Shown: positions 22,372-32,958 of the stretch, in pieces
Layout of the letters: each line of letters opens with the position of its first letter
Numbering within the stretch: the stretch's first letter is position 1
The notes under the pieces: generated by a model
Told to the model about the DNA's origin: nothing
The model's input: only the letters and a program-made list of their open reading frames with translations
Databases searched by the model: none
Made by a program: the position numbers and the translations under genes
NCBI GenBank assembly: GCA_963786955.1
Contig: CAWBAT010000009.1
Location: 340,584-404,583 of the forward strand
Origin: an uncultured Acidimicrobiia bacterium
GTDB taxonomy: Bacteria > Acidobacteriota > Terriglobia > Versatilivoradales > Versatilivoraceae
Direction: 5' to 3'
DNA: 64,000 nt

Positions 22372-22689
22372 CTAATCTTCTAGGGGAAAAAGGAAACGGA
22401 AGCCATACATCCCTGTATTCAGGTGGTCTACAACCTTTCCCCAGGTGATGTTGATCATTGAGATAAATCCCGTGCGGTCAGCCAAGCTGAGCGTCGATCC
22501 AATACTGATCGGCCGCTTGGAAGTAAAACTCCCGCCGCACTCGCTGAGATCGCGGGTAACAACCTCTTCCTCAAAAAAATCTCCTCGCTCATCTTTGCCA
22601 CCCAGCCTGAAATGAAGTTCGACTTTGTGACGGGTACATTGACGATCTTGGACGGGTTTTTGCGAGTCGTCTGGGGCAAGATTGTTCAT
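22372..22689 (-). CDS. Stand-alone PilZ-domain protein
   Basis: RQCTR (RxxxR) and DLSECG (DxSxxG) c-di-GMP motifs; C-terminal YGFRF strand. Confidence 0.8.
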   Translation of the reverse strand: MNNLAPDDSQKPVQDRQCTRHKVELHFRLGGKDERGDFFEEEVVTRDLSECGGSFTSKRPISIGSTLSLADRTGFISMINITWGKVVDHLNTGMYGFRFLFPLED

Positions 22690-22879
22690 TTTAGAAGTAC
22701 GCTTCGGACAGTAGCCCTGGTTTTGGCAGCTCTACAGCACCGCATCAGGACCTTTGTTCGGACTATCAATTCAAAACCAATGAAAGGAACCAGAGATGAA
22801 CTGCCCATCAATAAGAGCACAAATACGTTCCAACTCATGCACCCAGGTTTCCATTTGGTCTAAACGATAAACTAAATGC

Positions 22880-22892
22880 TAAGTCATTGATT
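22880..22892 (-). promoter_or_regulatory. IHF-binding-site consensus match
   Basis: Reverse complement AATCAATGACTTA matches WATCAANNNNTTR exactly, in the divergent pilZ/kgd intergenic region. Confidence 0.45.
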
Positions 22893-23060
22893 TGATAAAT
22901 AGAATAGCCTCTAGACAATAAAGCCTGCCTCCTCCTCTACGGAATGGGAGTTGCCCGTTTGAGGAATTTTTGTGAAAAGTATTACACACAGTGACCGAGG
23001 AGGTCCCGAACAGAAGTTTCGAAATATCTTTGTGTTCAAGAGGGTTTATGGAGGGGGAAA

Positions 23061-23139
23061 TGCAGGCGAGGACGCCTGCACTACAAACCCAGAATGTTTT
23101 CCACACCCAACATGACAAGCAGGCAGGCCTGTCGCTACA
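23061..23139 (-). repeat. Two tandem GTAG REP-like hairpins
   Basis: Minus strand reads TGTAG-TGCAGGCG-TCCT-CGCCTGCA (23061-23085) and TGTAG-C-GACAGGC-CTGCCT-GCTTGTC (23114-23139). Confidence 0.6.
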
Positions 23140-23271
23140 TACAGAGATATATCTTGCCTCTCCCCTCATGACCTGACAAAATTTTTGTACTTCGATTTGT
23201 GTCCAGAAACTTCGGGCGGGTGAAAGTGAAGTTGAATGAGTTTGGGCCCAAGGACAAACAATGAAAAGAAG

Positions 23272-26200
23272 ATGGCTAATTCCATGACTGAAATTGAAGA
23301 GAAGTGGCGGGAATATCTCGATACGCTAGGTCAGAACGCTGCATTTGTCGAGGGGTTGATCGGACAGTACCTCGAAGATCCTGCCCAGGTGGACGAACGC
23401 TGGCGGAGAATATTTGATGCCGTTGCCAAGGGGCAAGAACCTGTTGACGAGAAGGCCGCAGCCGTTTTCTCTTCAAAGACAGTTTCGTCCCCATCACAGG
23501 TCCTCGTCGAGACGGTTCACCGGGAAGCAGGAAAACGGCCAGAAGGAACTGATCTTGAACAGGTTGTGTTACTCCGGGGGGCAGCCGCAATCATCGCAGA
23601 AAATATGGAAGCCAGCCTCGCTCTTCCGGTGGCCACCTCTCAACGCCAGATTCCCATTAAAGTGCTTGAAGAGAATCGGAGGTTGATCAATCAATACCTT
23701 GGGTTGACCGGTGGGGGCCGAATCTCCTATACCCTCTTCATTGGCTGGGCCATCGTCAGGGCCCTGCGAACGTTTCCTAATCTGAACAGCGCTTACACAG
23801 AAACGGATGGCCGCCATGGCCGATTAGTCCACTCTACAATCAATCTGGGTGTCGCGGTCGATGTGGAAAGGAAAGACGGAACTCGGCTTCTCATGGTTCC
23901 GAACATCAAGAACGCGGGTTCACTCGACTTTCAGAAATTTTATTCGCAGCTCAACCATCTCATTGACCAGGTTCGAACCGGCAAAGCTGAGCCAACCGAT
24001 TTTCAGGGGACCACAATCACCTTGACGAATCCTGGTACTGTCGGGACCGTGTCGTCGATTCCCCGCCTGGTTCCTGGACAGGGCGCCATCATTGCCTCGG
24101 GAACGATTGACTATCCGGCGGAATACCATGGGATGGCTCCCGGAACCCTCACCCTGCTGGGGATTAGTAAGATCATGACCATTTCCTGCACGTACGATCA
24201 TCGGGTCATTCAGGGGGCCGAGTCCGGCATGTTTCTAGGCAAAGTGCAAGATTTCCTGCTAGGTGAAGAAGATTTCTACGATCAGATTTTTTCGGATCTA
24301 AAGGTTCCGTATCGCCCCCTGCGTTGGGCTCCGGACCGGAATCCTGCCCTGCTTGGTCTTTCCACGCAAAGAGAAGAGACCGAAAAACAGGCCCGCGTTC
24401 TTCAATTGATCAATGCCTATCGAGTTCGGGGACACCTGATTGCAGACCTGAATCCACTGGGAAGCGAATCTGCCTACCATTATGAATTGGACCCGATTAA
24501 TTACGGGCTGACCCTTTGGGACCTGGATCGTTCATTTATTACGGGAGGGTTAAGTGCCAAGCTCGGAGACGCGCCTCAGCCCACAGCCACCCTCAGGGAG
24601 ATCCTCGAATCCTTGCGCCAAACCTACTGCGGCAAGCTTGGGGTGGAATACATGAATATCCAACATCCGGAGCAGAAAAGCTGGCTGCAAATGCGCATGG
24701 AACCGAGCCGGAATAACTGGCCGATCGAGCCTGCGACAAAGAAAAGAATCCTGAGGTTGCTGACGGCATCAGAATGCTTTGAACATTTCTTGCATACCAA
24801 GTTCGTTGGGCACAAACGTTTTTCCGGAGAAGGCGCAGAGACCCTCATCCCGATTCTTTACGAACTCCTCGAAATGGCGGGCGGGCATGATGTCCGCGAG
24901 GTCGTCATTGGCATGGCTCATCGAGGCCGTCTTAATGTGCTAGCCAATATCATCGGAAAACCTTATACGCAAATTTTCTCCGAATTTGCGGGGAATGTGG
25001 ACCCCTATTCAGCGTTAGGGACCGGTGATGTGAAGTACCATCTGGGGGCCAGCGGCCGCCAGGTCACGCAGTCGGGAAAGGAAATTACGGTGTCCGTCTG
25101 CCCCAATCCCAGCCACCTGGAAGCGGTGAATCCGGTTGTCGAAGGAATTGTGCGCGCCAAGCAGAACCGTCATAAACCGGAAGGAAGGGGTCAGTTCATT
25201 CCTCTTCTCATCCACGGCGATGCCGCCTTTGCGGGACAGGGGATCGTGGCCGAGACCCTCAACCTGTCTCAGCTGGATGGCTACCGTACGGATGGAACGA
25301 TTCACTTGATCGTGAACAATCAGATCGGATTCACGACGGCTCCAGACGACGCTCGCTCCACGCCTTACAGCACTGATGTCGCGAGAATGGTGCAGGCTCC
25401 GATTTTTCACGTGAACGGAGATGACCCGGAAGCCGCCATTCGCGCCTTGCAAATTGCCTACGAATACCGGCGCCGGTTCAAAAAGGATGTTGTGATCGAT
25501 ATGTTTTGTTACCGCCGCTATGGACATAACGAAGCGGATGACCCGAGCTTTACGCAGCCTATCTTATACCGCAAAATTCGCAATCATCCGTCGGTGCGTG
25601 AGCTTTATACCCAACGCTTGCTGCGTGAAGGGACCACTACCTCGGATGAAGTGGAACAGATCCGGCAGGATTATTTTCAGAAGCTCGAACAGTCCTTCGC
25701 CGATTTGGAAAAAAGAGTCGATTCCTTCGTTCCTGAGGAGATGAGTGCCGTCTCGCCCGAAGAGATCGAAACACCCCACTCATCCATCCCGACCGGAGTC
25801 AGTAAGGAGTTGCTTGCCCAAATCACTATGGCCATGACCACCTTCCCCAGAGACTTTCACGTTCATCGGAAAGTGATGGGCTTCTTTGAAAGGCGCCGCC
25901 AAACGGTAAATTCCGGCGGCGACGTCGATTGGGCTTTTGCCGAGGCGCTGGCTTTTGGCACTTTTGTGGTCGATGGGACTCCCGTCAGGTTAAGCGGGCA
26001 GGACTCGGGGCGCGGCACCTTCAGCCAGCGTCACCTCATTCTGTTTGATGAGACGAATGGCCGCGAGTATCTTCCCTTGCAGCACATCACTCCGGGTCAG
26101 GCCAAGTTTCATGTTTACGACAGCCTCCTGTCCGAGGCCGCTGTGTTGGGTTTTGAATTTGGATACAGTGTTGCCGACCCTTTGACACTTGTCATCTGGG

Positions 26201-26997
26201 AAGCCCAGTTCGGTGATTTCGCCAACGGTGCCCAGACGATCATTGACCAATTTATTTCAGGCGCAGAGGCCAAATGGCAGCAACCGGTCAGCTTAGTCAT
26301 GCTGCTCCCCCACGGCTATGAAGGACAGGGGCCGGAACATTCCAGTGCCCGTATCGAAAGGTTCCTGCAACTGTGCGCTGAAAACAATCTACAGATCTGC
26401 AACTGTACGTCGGCAGCACAGTACTTTCACTTACTGCGCCGACAGATGCGCGGCGGCAGGGAGGGCCGCGGCATTCGCAAACCCTTGGTCATCTTCACCC
26501 CCAAGAGTTTGTTGCGTCACCCCAAAGCCTCTTCGTCTCTTGACGAACTTGCTGATGGACATTTTCAGGAATTGGTCAATGCCACGGATCGACTCAACAA
26601 AGAAAAAGTCGCTAGGATTATCATAGCCAGCGGCAAAGTCTGCTATGACTTGATCGAATATGCCGTGGAAAATCAAATCGATGACTGCGCGATTCTCAAA
26701 CTCGAACAGCTTTACCCTTTCCCGAGAAATTTATTCAAGAAAGAGTTTAAGAAATACCCGAATGCCACTGAATTTGTTTGGGTTCAGGAAGAGCCAAGGA
26801 ACATGGGTGCCTGGACGTTCGTTAAGGATCGACTTTATGCCGAATTACGAGCGCCGCAGACCCTGCGTTATGTCGGTCGCCCTGAGAGTGCCAGCCCTGC
26901 AACCGGATCGCTGAAAATTCATCTTAAGGAGCAAGCCGCACTCGTCAGAGCTGCTCTAGGGCAAGGTAAAAAGAAAGGGGAAAACAAGAAGCAGTAG
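23272..26997 (+). CDS. sucA: Multifunctional 2-oxoglutarate dehydrogenase/decarboxylase, E2-acyltransferase + E1 fusion (Kgd/OdhA type)
   Basis: Intact ~1240-aa ORF. N-terminal E2 domain (TLTNPGTVGT, TYDHRVIQGAESG), then E1 motifs AYRVRGH, GMAHRGRLN, NPSHLE, HGDAAFAGQG, WEAQFGDFANGAQ, PHGYEGQGPEHSS. Confidence 0.95.
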   Translation: MANSMTEIEEKWREYLDTLGQNAAFVEGLIGQYLEDPAQVDERWRRIFDAVAKGQEPVDEKAAAVFSSKTVSSPSQVLVETVHREAGKRPEGTDLEQVVLLRGAAAIIAENMEASLALPVATSQRQIPIKVLEENRRLINQYLGLTGGGRISYTLFIGWAIVRALRTFPNLNSAYTETDGRHGRLVHSTINLGVAVDVERKDGTRLLMVPNIKNAGSLDFQKFYSQLNHLIDQVRTGKAEPTDFQGTTITLTNPGTVGTVSSIPRLVPGQGAIIASGTIDYPAEYHGMAPGTLTLLGISKIMTISCTYDHRVIQGAESGMFLGKVQDFLLGEEDFYDQIFSDLKVPYRPLRWAPDRNPALLGLSTQREETEKQARVLQLINAYRVRGHLIADLNPLGSESAYHYELDPINYGLTLWDLDRSFITGGLSAKLGDAPQPTATLREILESLRQTYCGKLGVEYMNIQHPEQKSWLQMRMEPSRNNWPIEPATKKRILRLLTASECFEHFLHTKFVGHKRFSGEGAETLIPILYELLEMAGGHDVREVVIGMAHRGRLNVLANIIGKPYTQIFSEFAGNVDPYSALGTGDVKYHLGASGRQVTQSGKEITVSVCPNPSHLEAVNPVVEGIVRAKQNRHKPEGRGQFIPLLIHGDAAFAGQGIVAETLNLSQLDGYRTDGTIHLIVNNQIGFTTAPDDARSTPYSTDVARMVQAPIFHVNGDDPEAAIRALQIAYEYRRRFKKDVVIDMFCYRRYGHNEADDPSFTQPILYRKIRNHPSVRELYTQRLLREGTTTSDEVEQIRQDYFQKLEQSFADLEKRVDSFVPEEMSAVSPEEIETPHSSIPTGVSKELLAQITMAMTTFPRDFHVHRKVMGFFERRRQTVNSGGDVDWAFAEALAFGTFVVDGTPVRLSGQDSGRGTFSQRHLILFDETNGREYLPLQHITPGQAKFHVYDSLLSEAAVLGFEFGYSVADPLTLVIWEAQFGDFANGAQTIIDQFISGAEAKWQQPVSLVMLLPHGYEGQGPEHSSARIERFLQLCAENNLQICNCTSAAQYFHLLRRQMRGGREGRGIRKPLVIFTPKSLLRHPKASSSLDELADGHFQELVNATDRLNKEKVARIIIASGKVCYDLIEYAVENQIDDCAILKLEQLYPFPRNLFKKEFKKYPNATEFVWVQEEPRNMGAWTFVKDRLYAELRAPQTLRYVGRPESASPATGSLKIHLKEQAALVRAALGQGKKKGENKKQ

Positions 26998-27031
26998 GCT
27001 GAAGGCGGGCGGCAGAAAGCAGACGGCTTTT

Positions 27032-28366
27032 TCAACTTTTATCGTTCTTCAGCACTTGGACGGATACCTGACTGACTCTCAGTTTTTCAACTCTGACAAT
27101 AACAAATTTTAAGTTCCCGTAAGTCCATTCTGTTCCCTCAGGAGGGATGTCCTGCCACTGATCGATTAGAAAGCCTCCCAACGTGGCGGCGTCGCTATGC
27201 TCCCCGAACTGAACTCCAAAAATCTCTTCCAGATCATGTAGCGGAATGCTGCCATCCACCAGATATTCATTCTCTTTGATGGGACGAATCAGGGGCTGTT
27301 CCTGATCAAATTCATCTTGAATCTCACCGACGAGCTCTTCAAGAACATCCTCAAGAGTCACCATTCCCAGAGTTCCGCCAAACTCGTCCACAATGATTGC
27401 CATATGAGACCGTTTTTCGAGAAAGGTCGAGAGAAGGATTTCCAGGTTCACGAATTCCGGGACAAACAAGATATCTCTTCGGATCTCTTCCAGTTTCGCA
27501 TCGAGCCCTTTGGTTTGGATGAGCCAAAGCAGTTCCTTGATATGAACCATTCCAATAATCTGGTCGAGTGTTTCACGGCAAAGTGGGAATCGCGTATAAT
27601 CGCTGGCCCGGGCAATCGCTAGATTCCCTTCCATCGGTTTTTCCGCGTAGAGGGACACGATCCGGTTCCGTGGCACCATGATATTCCTGACCTTCAGCTT
27701 TCGGAGGGAGAAAGTGTTTAAGAGAATACTGCGGCTCAATGAATTGAGTGCGCTTGAACTCTCCCCCTCTGCCAACAGGGTGCGGATTTCCTCTTCAGCG
27801 TGAATCCGTTCTTTCTCACTGGTGGGTTCAATGCCAATTCCTTTCAGAATCACGTTGGCAGATGCATTGAGGGCTGTGATAGCGGGATAAAAGGCGTTGT
27901 AGAAAAATGTCAGGGGAACAGCGACCCAGAGTGCCGTGGACTTCGCTCGACGGATGGCCAATGATTTAGGGGCCAATTCTCCTAAAACGATGTGCAAGAA
28001 GGTAATAAATCCAAAGGCGATCCCGAACGACAATGAAGTGACAACAGATATAGACTGAATCCCTAAGGCGCGCAGAACCGGTCTCAGCAAGGAGGCAACA
28101 AACGGTTCCCCTAACCATCCCAACCCCAAACTCGCCAGAGTGATCCCCAACTGGGTTGCAGAGAGATAGGCGTCCAGATGATGAATCACATGATTTGCTG
28201 CCCGAGCCCTCTCGATATCCCGCTTTACGAGCGGATCGATCTGGATGGAGCGGACCTTGACAATGGCAAACTCGGCTGCAACGAAGAAGCCATTCAGCAG
28301 CACAAGGAACAGGATGACTAGAAAATTGAACAGGAACATGAAAGCCGTGGAGTCGTGTGATTCCAT
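27032..28366 (-). CDS. HlyC/CorC (CNNM + CBS pair + CorC_HlyC) family protein
   Basis: NGFFVAAEFA, QLGITLASLGLG, LGELAPKS, IMVPR, VDEFGGTLGMVTLEDVLEELVGEIQDEFD. Confidence 0.93.
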   Translation of the reverse strand: MESHDSTAFMFLFNFLVILFLVLLNGFFVAAEFAIVKVRSIQIDPLVKRDIERARAANHVIHHLDAYLSATQLGITLASLGLGWLGEPFVASLLRPVLRALGIQSISVVTSLSFGIAFGFITFLHIVLGELAPKSLAIRRAKSTALWVAVPLTFFYNAFYPAITALNASANVILKGIGIEPTSEKERIHAEEEIRTLLAEGESSSALNSLSRSILLNTFSLRKLKVRNIMVPRNRIVSLYAEKPMEGNLAIARASDYTRFPLCRETLDQIIGMVHIKELLWLIQTKGLDAKLEEIRRDILFVPEFVNLEILLSTFLEKRSHMAIIVDEFGGTLGMVTLEDVLEELVGEIQDEFDQEQPLIRPIKENEYLVDGSIPLHDLEEIFGVQFGEHSDAATLGGFLIDQWQDIPPEGTEWTYGNLKFVIVRVEKLRVSQVSVQVLKNDKS

Positions 28367-28632
28367 AGTTGAGTTTGGTTAGCCAAGTTTCATATAAGCC
28401 GCCATCTTATCATTATCTTTGCCTTTTTAGCTTCGCCCGAAACGTGCAACTCGCAAGAAATTCCTTTTCCAATAGAGGAAACGGTTCGAGACCGCATTGT
28501 GCCCTCCTAGGGGTGATCTTCTGCTTCGCGGCTCGGATAGCATCTCCCCACTCCCCCCGTTCCTGAGGAGACAGGATGGCCCCTCACTGCTAGGATGTCG
28601 CATGTGCTAAGATTCTGCATATTTGAATCGGG

Positions 28633-30010
28633 ATGAAGCAATTGATGCTGCCTATGAACACGCTTCCTATAGCTTTTCCAGGCCAGGAAAAAGCGCCGAG
28701 AAAATGGTATTCGCCTTCCTTGACCAGCCAGATCATGCTCGGGCTAATCCTCGGGGGACTATTGGGCTGGCTTAACCCGGCTCTTGGGATCAAATCCTAT
28801 TTCCTTCGTGACATCTTTCTTAACCTCATCAAGTCAATTATTGCTCCCTTGATCTTTTCAACGCATTGTCGTCGGGATCGCTGGCGGTGGGGAACTCAGG
28901 AAAGTGGGGCGAATGGGGCTAAAGGCCCTGATTTATTTTGAAGTGGTCACCACCGCGGCTCTATTTATTGGATTGGCGGTCGTGAACTGGACAAAGCCAG
29001 GGATCGGTGTGTCACTCAAGACAGATACGAGCGACTTGGGCATAATCGCCCAGACTCATCCGAAGACATTCATCGAAACCATTGTCCATATCTTTCCTGC
29101 CAGTGTGATCGAGTCTATGGCTCGCGGAGACGTTCTGCAGATCGTCGCTTTTTCTGTGCTCTTTGCGATAGCGGTTTCGGCAATAGGCCCAAAAGCGGCT
29201 CCCATCGTGGCTTTTTGCGAAAGCCTCTCCCAAGTGATGTTCAAGTTCACCAGCTATGTCATGCAATTTGCTCCATTCGGAGTCGGGGCAGCCATGGCTG
29301 CTGCCATCGGGCATAAAGGATTGGGAGTCCTAGTCAATCTGGGGTTGCTGATCCTTTCACTGTATTTGGCTTTGGCACTTTTCATTCTTGGAGTGCTGGG
29401 CCCCGTTGCTTGGATGGCCCGCGTGCCAATCCGAAAATTCTTAAGGGCCGTACAGGAGCCATGCGCCATCGCTTTTGCGACCACGAGCAGCGAGTCTGCA
29501 CTCCCCAAAGCGATGGAACTCATGGAGCGGCTCGGGGTCCCCAAACGCATCGTGGGATTTGTGATGCCAACGGGGTATAGCTTTAACCTCGACGGGACAA
29601 CCCTCTATCTGGCCATGGCTTCGGTATTTGTTGCTCAGGCTGCCGAGTCTTCAACCGGCATCCACTTCGGATTTGGCAGGCAACTGTTGATGATGTTGAC
29701 GCTGATGATTACCTCCAAAGGAGTAGCCGCCGTCCCACGCGCTTCGCTTGTCATTCTGCTCGCGACACTTCATTCTTTTGGCTTGCCTCCCGAGGGTGTG
29801 GCTGTTCTCTTCGGCGTCGATGAAATCATGGATATGGCCAGGACTTCGGTCAACGTGCTGGGAAATTGCCTGGCCACAGTCGTCGTGGCTCGCTGGGAAG
29901 GCGAATTTAATGATGAGCGGGCGCGCGTATTTGGAACTGCTCTTGAGCCAGGTTACGAAATGGCTGCAGGAGAAACAGTCTTTGCAGAATCAGCCTCGCG
30001 GGGGGATTGA
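28633..30010 (+). CDS. Dicarboxylate/amino acid:cation symporter (GltP/DctA family); one frameshift near 28865
   Basis: IIAPLIFST, YFEVVTT, FATTSSESALP, PTGYSFNLDG, SKGVAAVP, DMARTSVN. Confidence 0.92.
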
Positions 30011-30115
30011 GAATTCATTGACAACGCGGAATGTCACGTTTAGCGGCTCTTTCAACCCGAAATTTGGCGCAAGCCAGACCAGCTAAAATTGCAGGTTGAC
30101 CCAAAAGTCTGACGA

Positions 30116-31407
30116 CTAGCTTCCCTCGAGCGGGGTCACGGGGTCAATAAACATCCACGCAACAGCTCCAATCAAATAGATCCCTGATCCAAGGTAAAAA
30201 GGAATCGACCAATTCTGGGTTGCTTGCAAGATATAACCCGTGGTGACAGGCCCTAAGCCGCCTCCTAGATTTCCCATCATATTCATTGACCCGGAAAGCG
30301 TTCCGGCATACTTTCCACCAACATCCATACACGCCCCCCAGGCTCCCGGCATCATGAGATCATTGGAAAAACTGGCCAAGCCCATGAGGATAGCAGCCCA
30401 GATGGGGTCCTTCAACTGACTGGACGTTAAGAGCATCGTGGAGGCGCCAATACAAGCAGTGACGCCCATGATGCGCCGCGTCCTGGCTACGTTTCCAAAC
30501 AAAGGAGTCAAGCGAGGCGAGATCCAACCCGAAAAAAAGCAACCAATCCCCCCAAAGAAGAGGGGAAGTCCGGCCAAAATAGCGGCCTTTTGCGGCTCCA
30601 AGTGATAGGACTCTTTGAGGTAAGTGGGCAACCAGGTTATGTAGAAATACCACGGATAGCTAGCCGCTGCATATTGCAGCCACAGGAGCCAAATACTCCG
30701 TGATGTCAGCATCTTTTTCCAAGGGACATCGCCATGACCGGAGGCGTTCATTTCCGCCCCTCTCAACAAGGCCAGTTCACCTGCATTGACGCCCTTGTGA
30801 TCTCTTGGATTGTCCCGAAACCACAAATAGAAAATCACGGCCCAGACGACTCCGATAAGCCCAAAAAATTCAAATGTTTGACGCCAGGTGAGGTAGCGAA
30901 AAATCCAATAGACGAGAATTGGGGTAAATGCGCCCCCCCAGCGTGAGCTCATCCACAAGATGCCTTGGGCACGCACCCGTTCATCCTAGGCAGCCAGATG
31001 GTAAACGCCTTGGTAAGGTTTGGATAACAACCAGCCTCCCCCGCCCCAAACAATGCGCGGGTAATGACCAGGGAAGTTTGATTCCATGCCCAGCCGGTCG
31101 CTGCGGTAAAGAAAGACCACCAGATCACGACTCGCATCAACACCTTTCGGGGACCCATCCAATCCCCGAGCCATCCCCCGGGAATCTCAAAAAGCGCATA
31201 GGCCCAGGTAAATGCCAAAAACGCATACCCCATCTCGACCTTGCTTAGATGTAAGTCGCGCATCATTGCTGGGGCGGCTTGGGAAATACAAACCCGATCA
31301 ATATAAGTTACAATCGCAAGAGTCACTGCAAAAACGATCACCCAATAGCGAGTTCGAGTAGGCACCTCCACTTCGGCGCCTTTGGATACAGACAGGTTCT
31401 TAGACAT
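30116..31407 (-). CDS. MFS transporter, anion:cation symporter (ACS) type; one frameshift near 30980
   Basis: TYIDRVCIS, FEIPGGWLGDWMGPR, GAGEAG, WFRDNP, WLPTYL, GSMNMMGN. Confidence 0.9.
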
Positions 31408-31661
31408 AAGAGCTGTTACCCTTTTGAAATTCTAATTTGTCAGGAATAGTTGTCCACGGGTTCGAACCATGGGATTCTAGGTTGCTCCTTGAAAGCCAGT
31501 CAATAAGAATATCGAAAATAGAGATGAACGGCTTCGTCAGGAAGGACTCTCTTTCGGTCTCAAAGCACGCCCTGAGAGGTTCTGCCTCCATCCCAAGTCG
31601 AACATTAATGCTCTCTGGCGTTCCGCCGATAGGAGTAAGAGCGATTTTTGAGGGGAGAAAC

Positions 31662-32235
31662 ATGTCAGAAAGGTATCCGACAAAACATAGGGTACTACTC
31701 TAAGTTTGGAAGAAAGGCAGCCCTCTTTTCATTGCTCTTTCCGGGACTGGGACAGTTACAGAGCAAGGCCTATTTAAAAGGAACCATGCTGATTTGCCTC
31801 TTTAGCTTTGTGGTGGCTCTGCCGCTCATTGTCTCGGCCAGCCCAAGTCTCGGCGATAGTGGATTCTCCAGCGCCATCTTGACTCTCTTCCCCTTGGCTG
31901 TCTGGGGAATTTCGATCTATGATGCCTACCGTACCGCCATCGATTTAAGGCAGACGGAGGCGACTCGGCACAATCTCCAAATCATCACTTCTATTCGTGG
32001 TTTTGACGCTGATAATCTTCAATTTGAAGAGATTACGATGACTAAGAACATCAGTCAGCGCGGTGCCTGTCTCATTATGTCTCGGCTGCTGAAACCCGGC
32101 AGTGTCCTATCCCTCGACTTTGAGGGAAAATCGAGGAATGCCGGCCGGGTGGTTTGGGCGCGCGAGACCGGAAACCATGACGAACGCCTGGTCGGGATGG
32201 AGCTGTTGACACCTTTGAAGAAATTTAATTCCTAA
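31662..32235 (+). CDS. Membrane protein with C-terminal PilZ domain (frameshift near the start)
   Basis: GAGGGGAG RBS before ATG 31662; SLLFPGLGQL...W.ISIYDAY membrane module; FEEITMTKNISQRGA (NxSxxG), GRVVW, VGMEL. Confidence 0.75.
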
Positions 32236-32294
32236 CTCGACACAACTCAATCACCCCCCTAGCCCTATGGACTCCTTTTAGAGGGATTGCCCTC

Positions 32295-32364
32295 TAAGTA
32301 CTTGATTTCATCAACACACTTACAATTCCACCCACCTTTGAAGCCTTATTGGGCATTCGCTTGC
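32295..32364 (+). promoter_or_regulatory. IHF site followed by a possible sigma54 -24/-12 element
   Basis: TAAGTACTTGATT (32295-32307) is an exact reverse-strand WATCAANNNNTTR match. TGGGCATTCGCTTGC (32350-32364) resembles TGGCAC-N5-TTGC, either GG-N10-GC with mismatches or one base short. Confidence 0.4.
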
Positions 32365-32555
32365 GCATACAGAGGGGGCTTGCCGCAATTTCCATCTAGG
32401 AGAGAGGTGTGGCAGATATTTTTAAGAAAGAAGGGAAAACAAGACTGAGAGGGTTGGGATAATTCAGGAAACAGAATAGCAAGCGCACCTTTTTTGTCTG
32501 TCTTTCCCCAATAAAATCAGATAAAATATGAAAACTTTTTCTCGGAGCATTCCCA

Positions 32556-32936
32556 ATGAATGACAGTAAGAGCCAGCATCCCCGGTTAAAGGAAGAAGAC
32601 GTCAATAAGCTTTTGCAGGCTAGTGACGACCTCATGCAAACGGGCCTCTTGTTCTCCCACAATATCGATACTGCCCTGCATGAATTCAAGGCTGCTCTTG
32701 AACTTTCGTTGAAGACTCATTTCCTGGCGACGGCAGTTGCCGAAATGATGGCACGATCCTTCGAGAGTCTTGAGAGTAAAGTCCTAGACGAATCTCGAAG
32801 GGATCAATAATATCTGCACCGAGGGTGGACAGTGGTATTCTTTTTATCTCGGGACGGCCCTGGGCCGGGTTGGTTCTCCTCCGCAGAAAGGACTGAAGCG
32901 CTGGCTGAAAAGACAAAGTCTAAGGCGGCGTCTTAA
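32556..32936 (+). CDS. Hypothetical helical protein, paralog A (frameshift near 32787; 3' end inferred)
   Basis: ORF 32556-32810 plus a shifted continuation NLEGINNICTEGGQWYSFYLG; probable end at TAATAA 32934-32939; homologous to the next gene. Confidence 0.7.
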
Positions 32937-32958
32937 TAAGTGGGGAATGGTCACCAAT

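Noticed and set aside
26990-27030. GGCAG-like short repeats after the sucA stop
   Set aside because: Too short and degenerate to call a repeat family or terminator.
28380-28630. Metal-sensing riboswitch (yybP-ykoY or M-box) upstream of the CorC/HlyC gene
   Set aside because: Only a partial GGGGAG match on the minus strand; the other conserved elements are absent.
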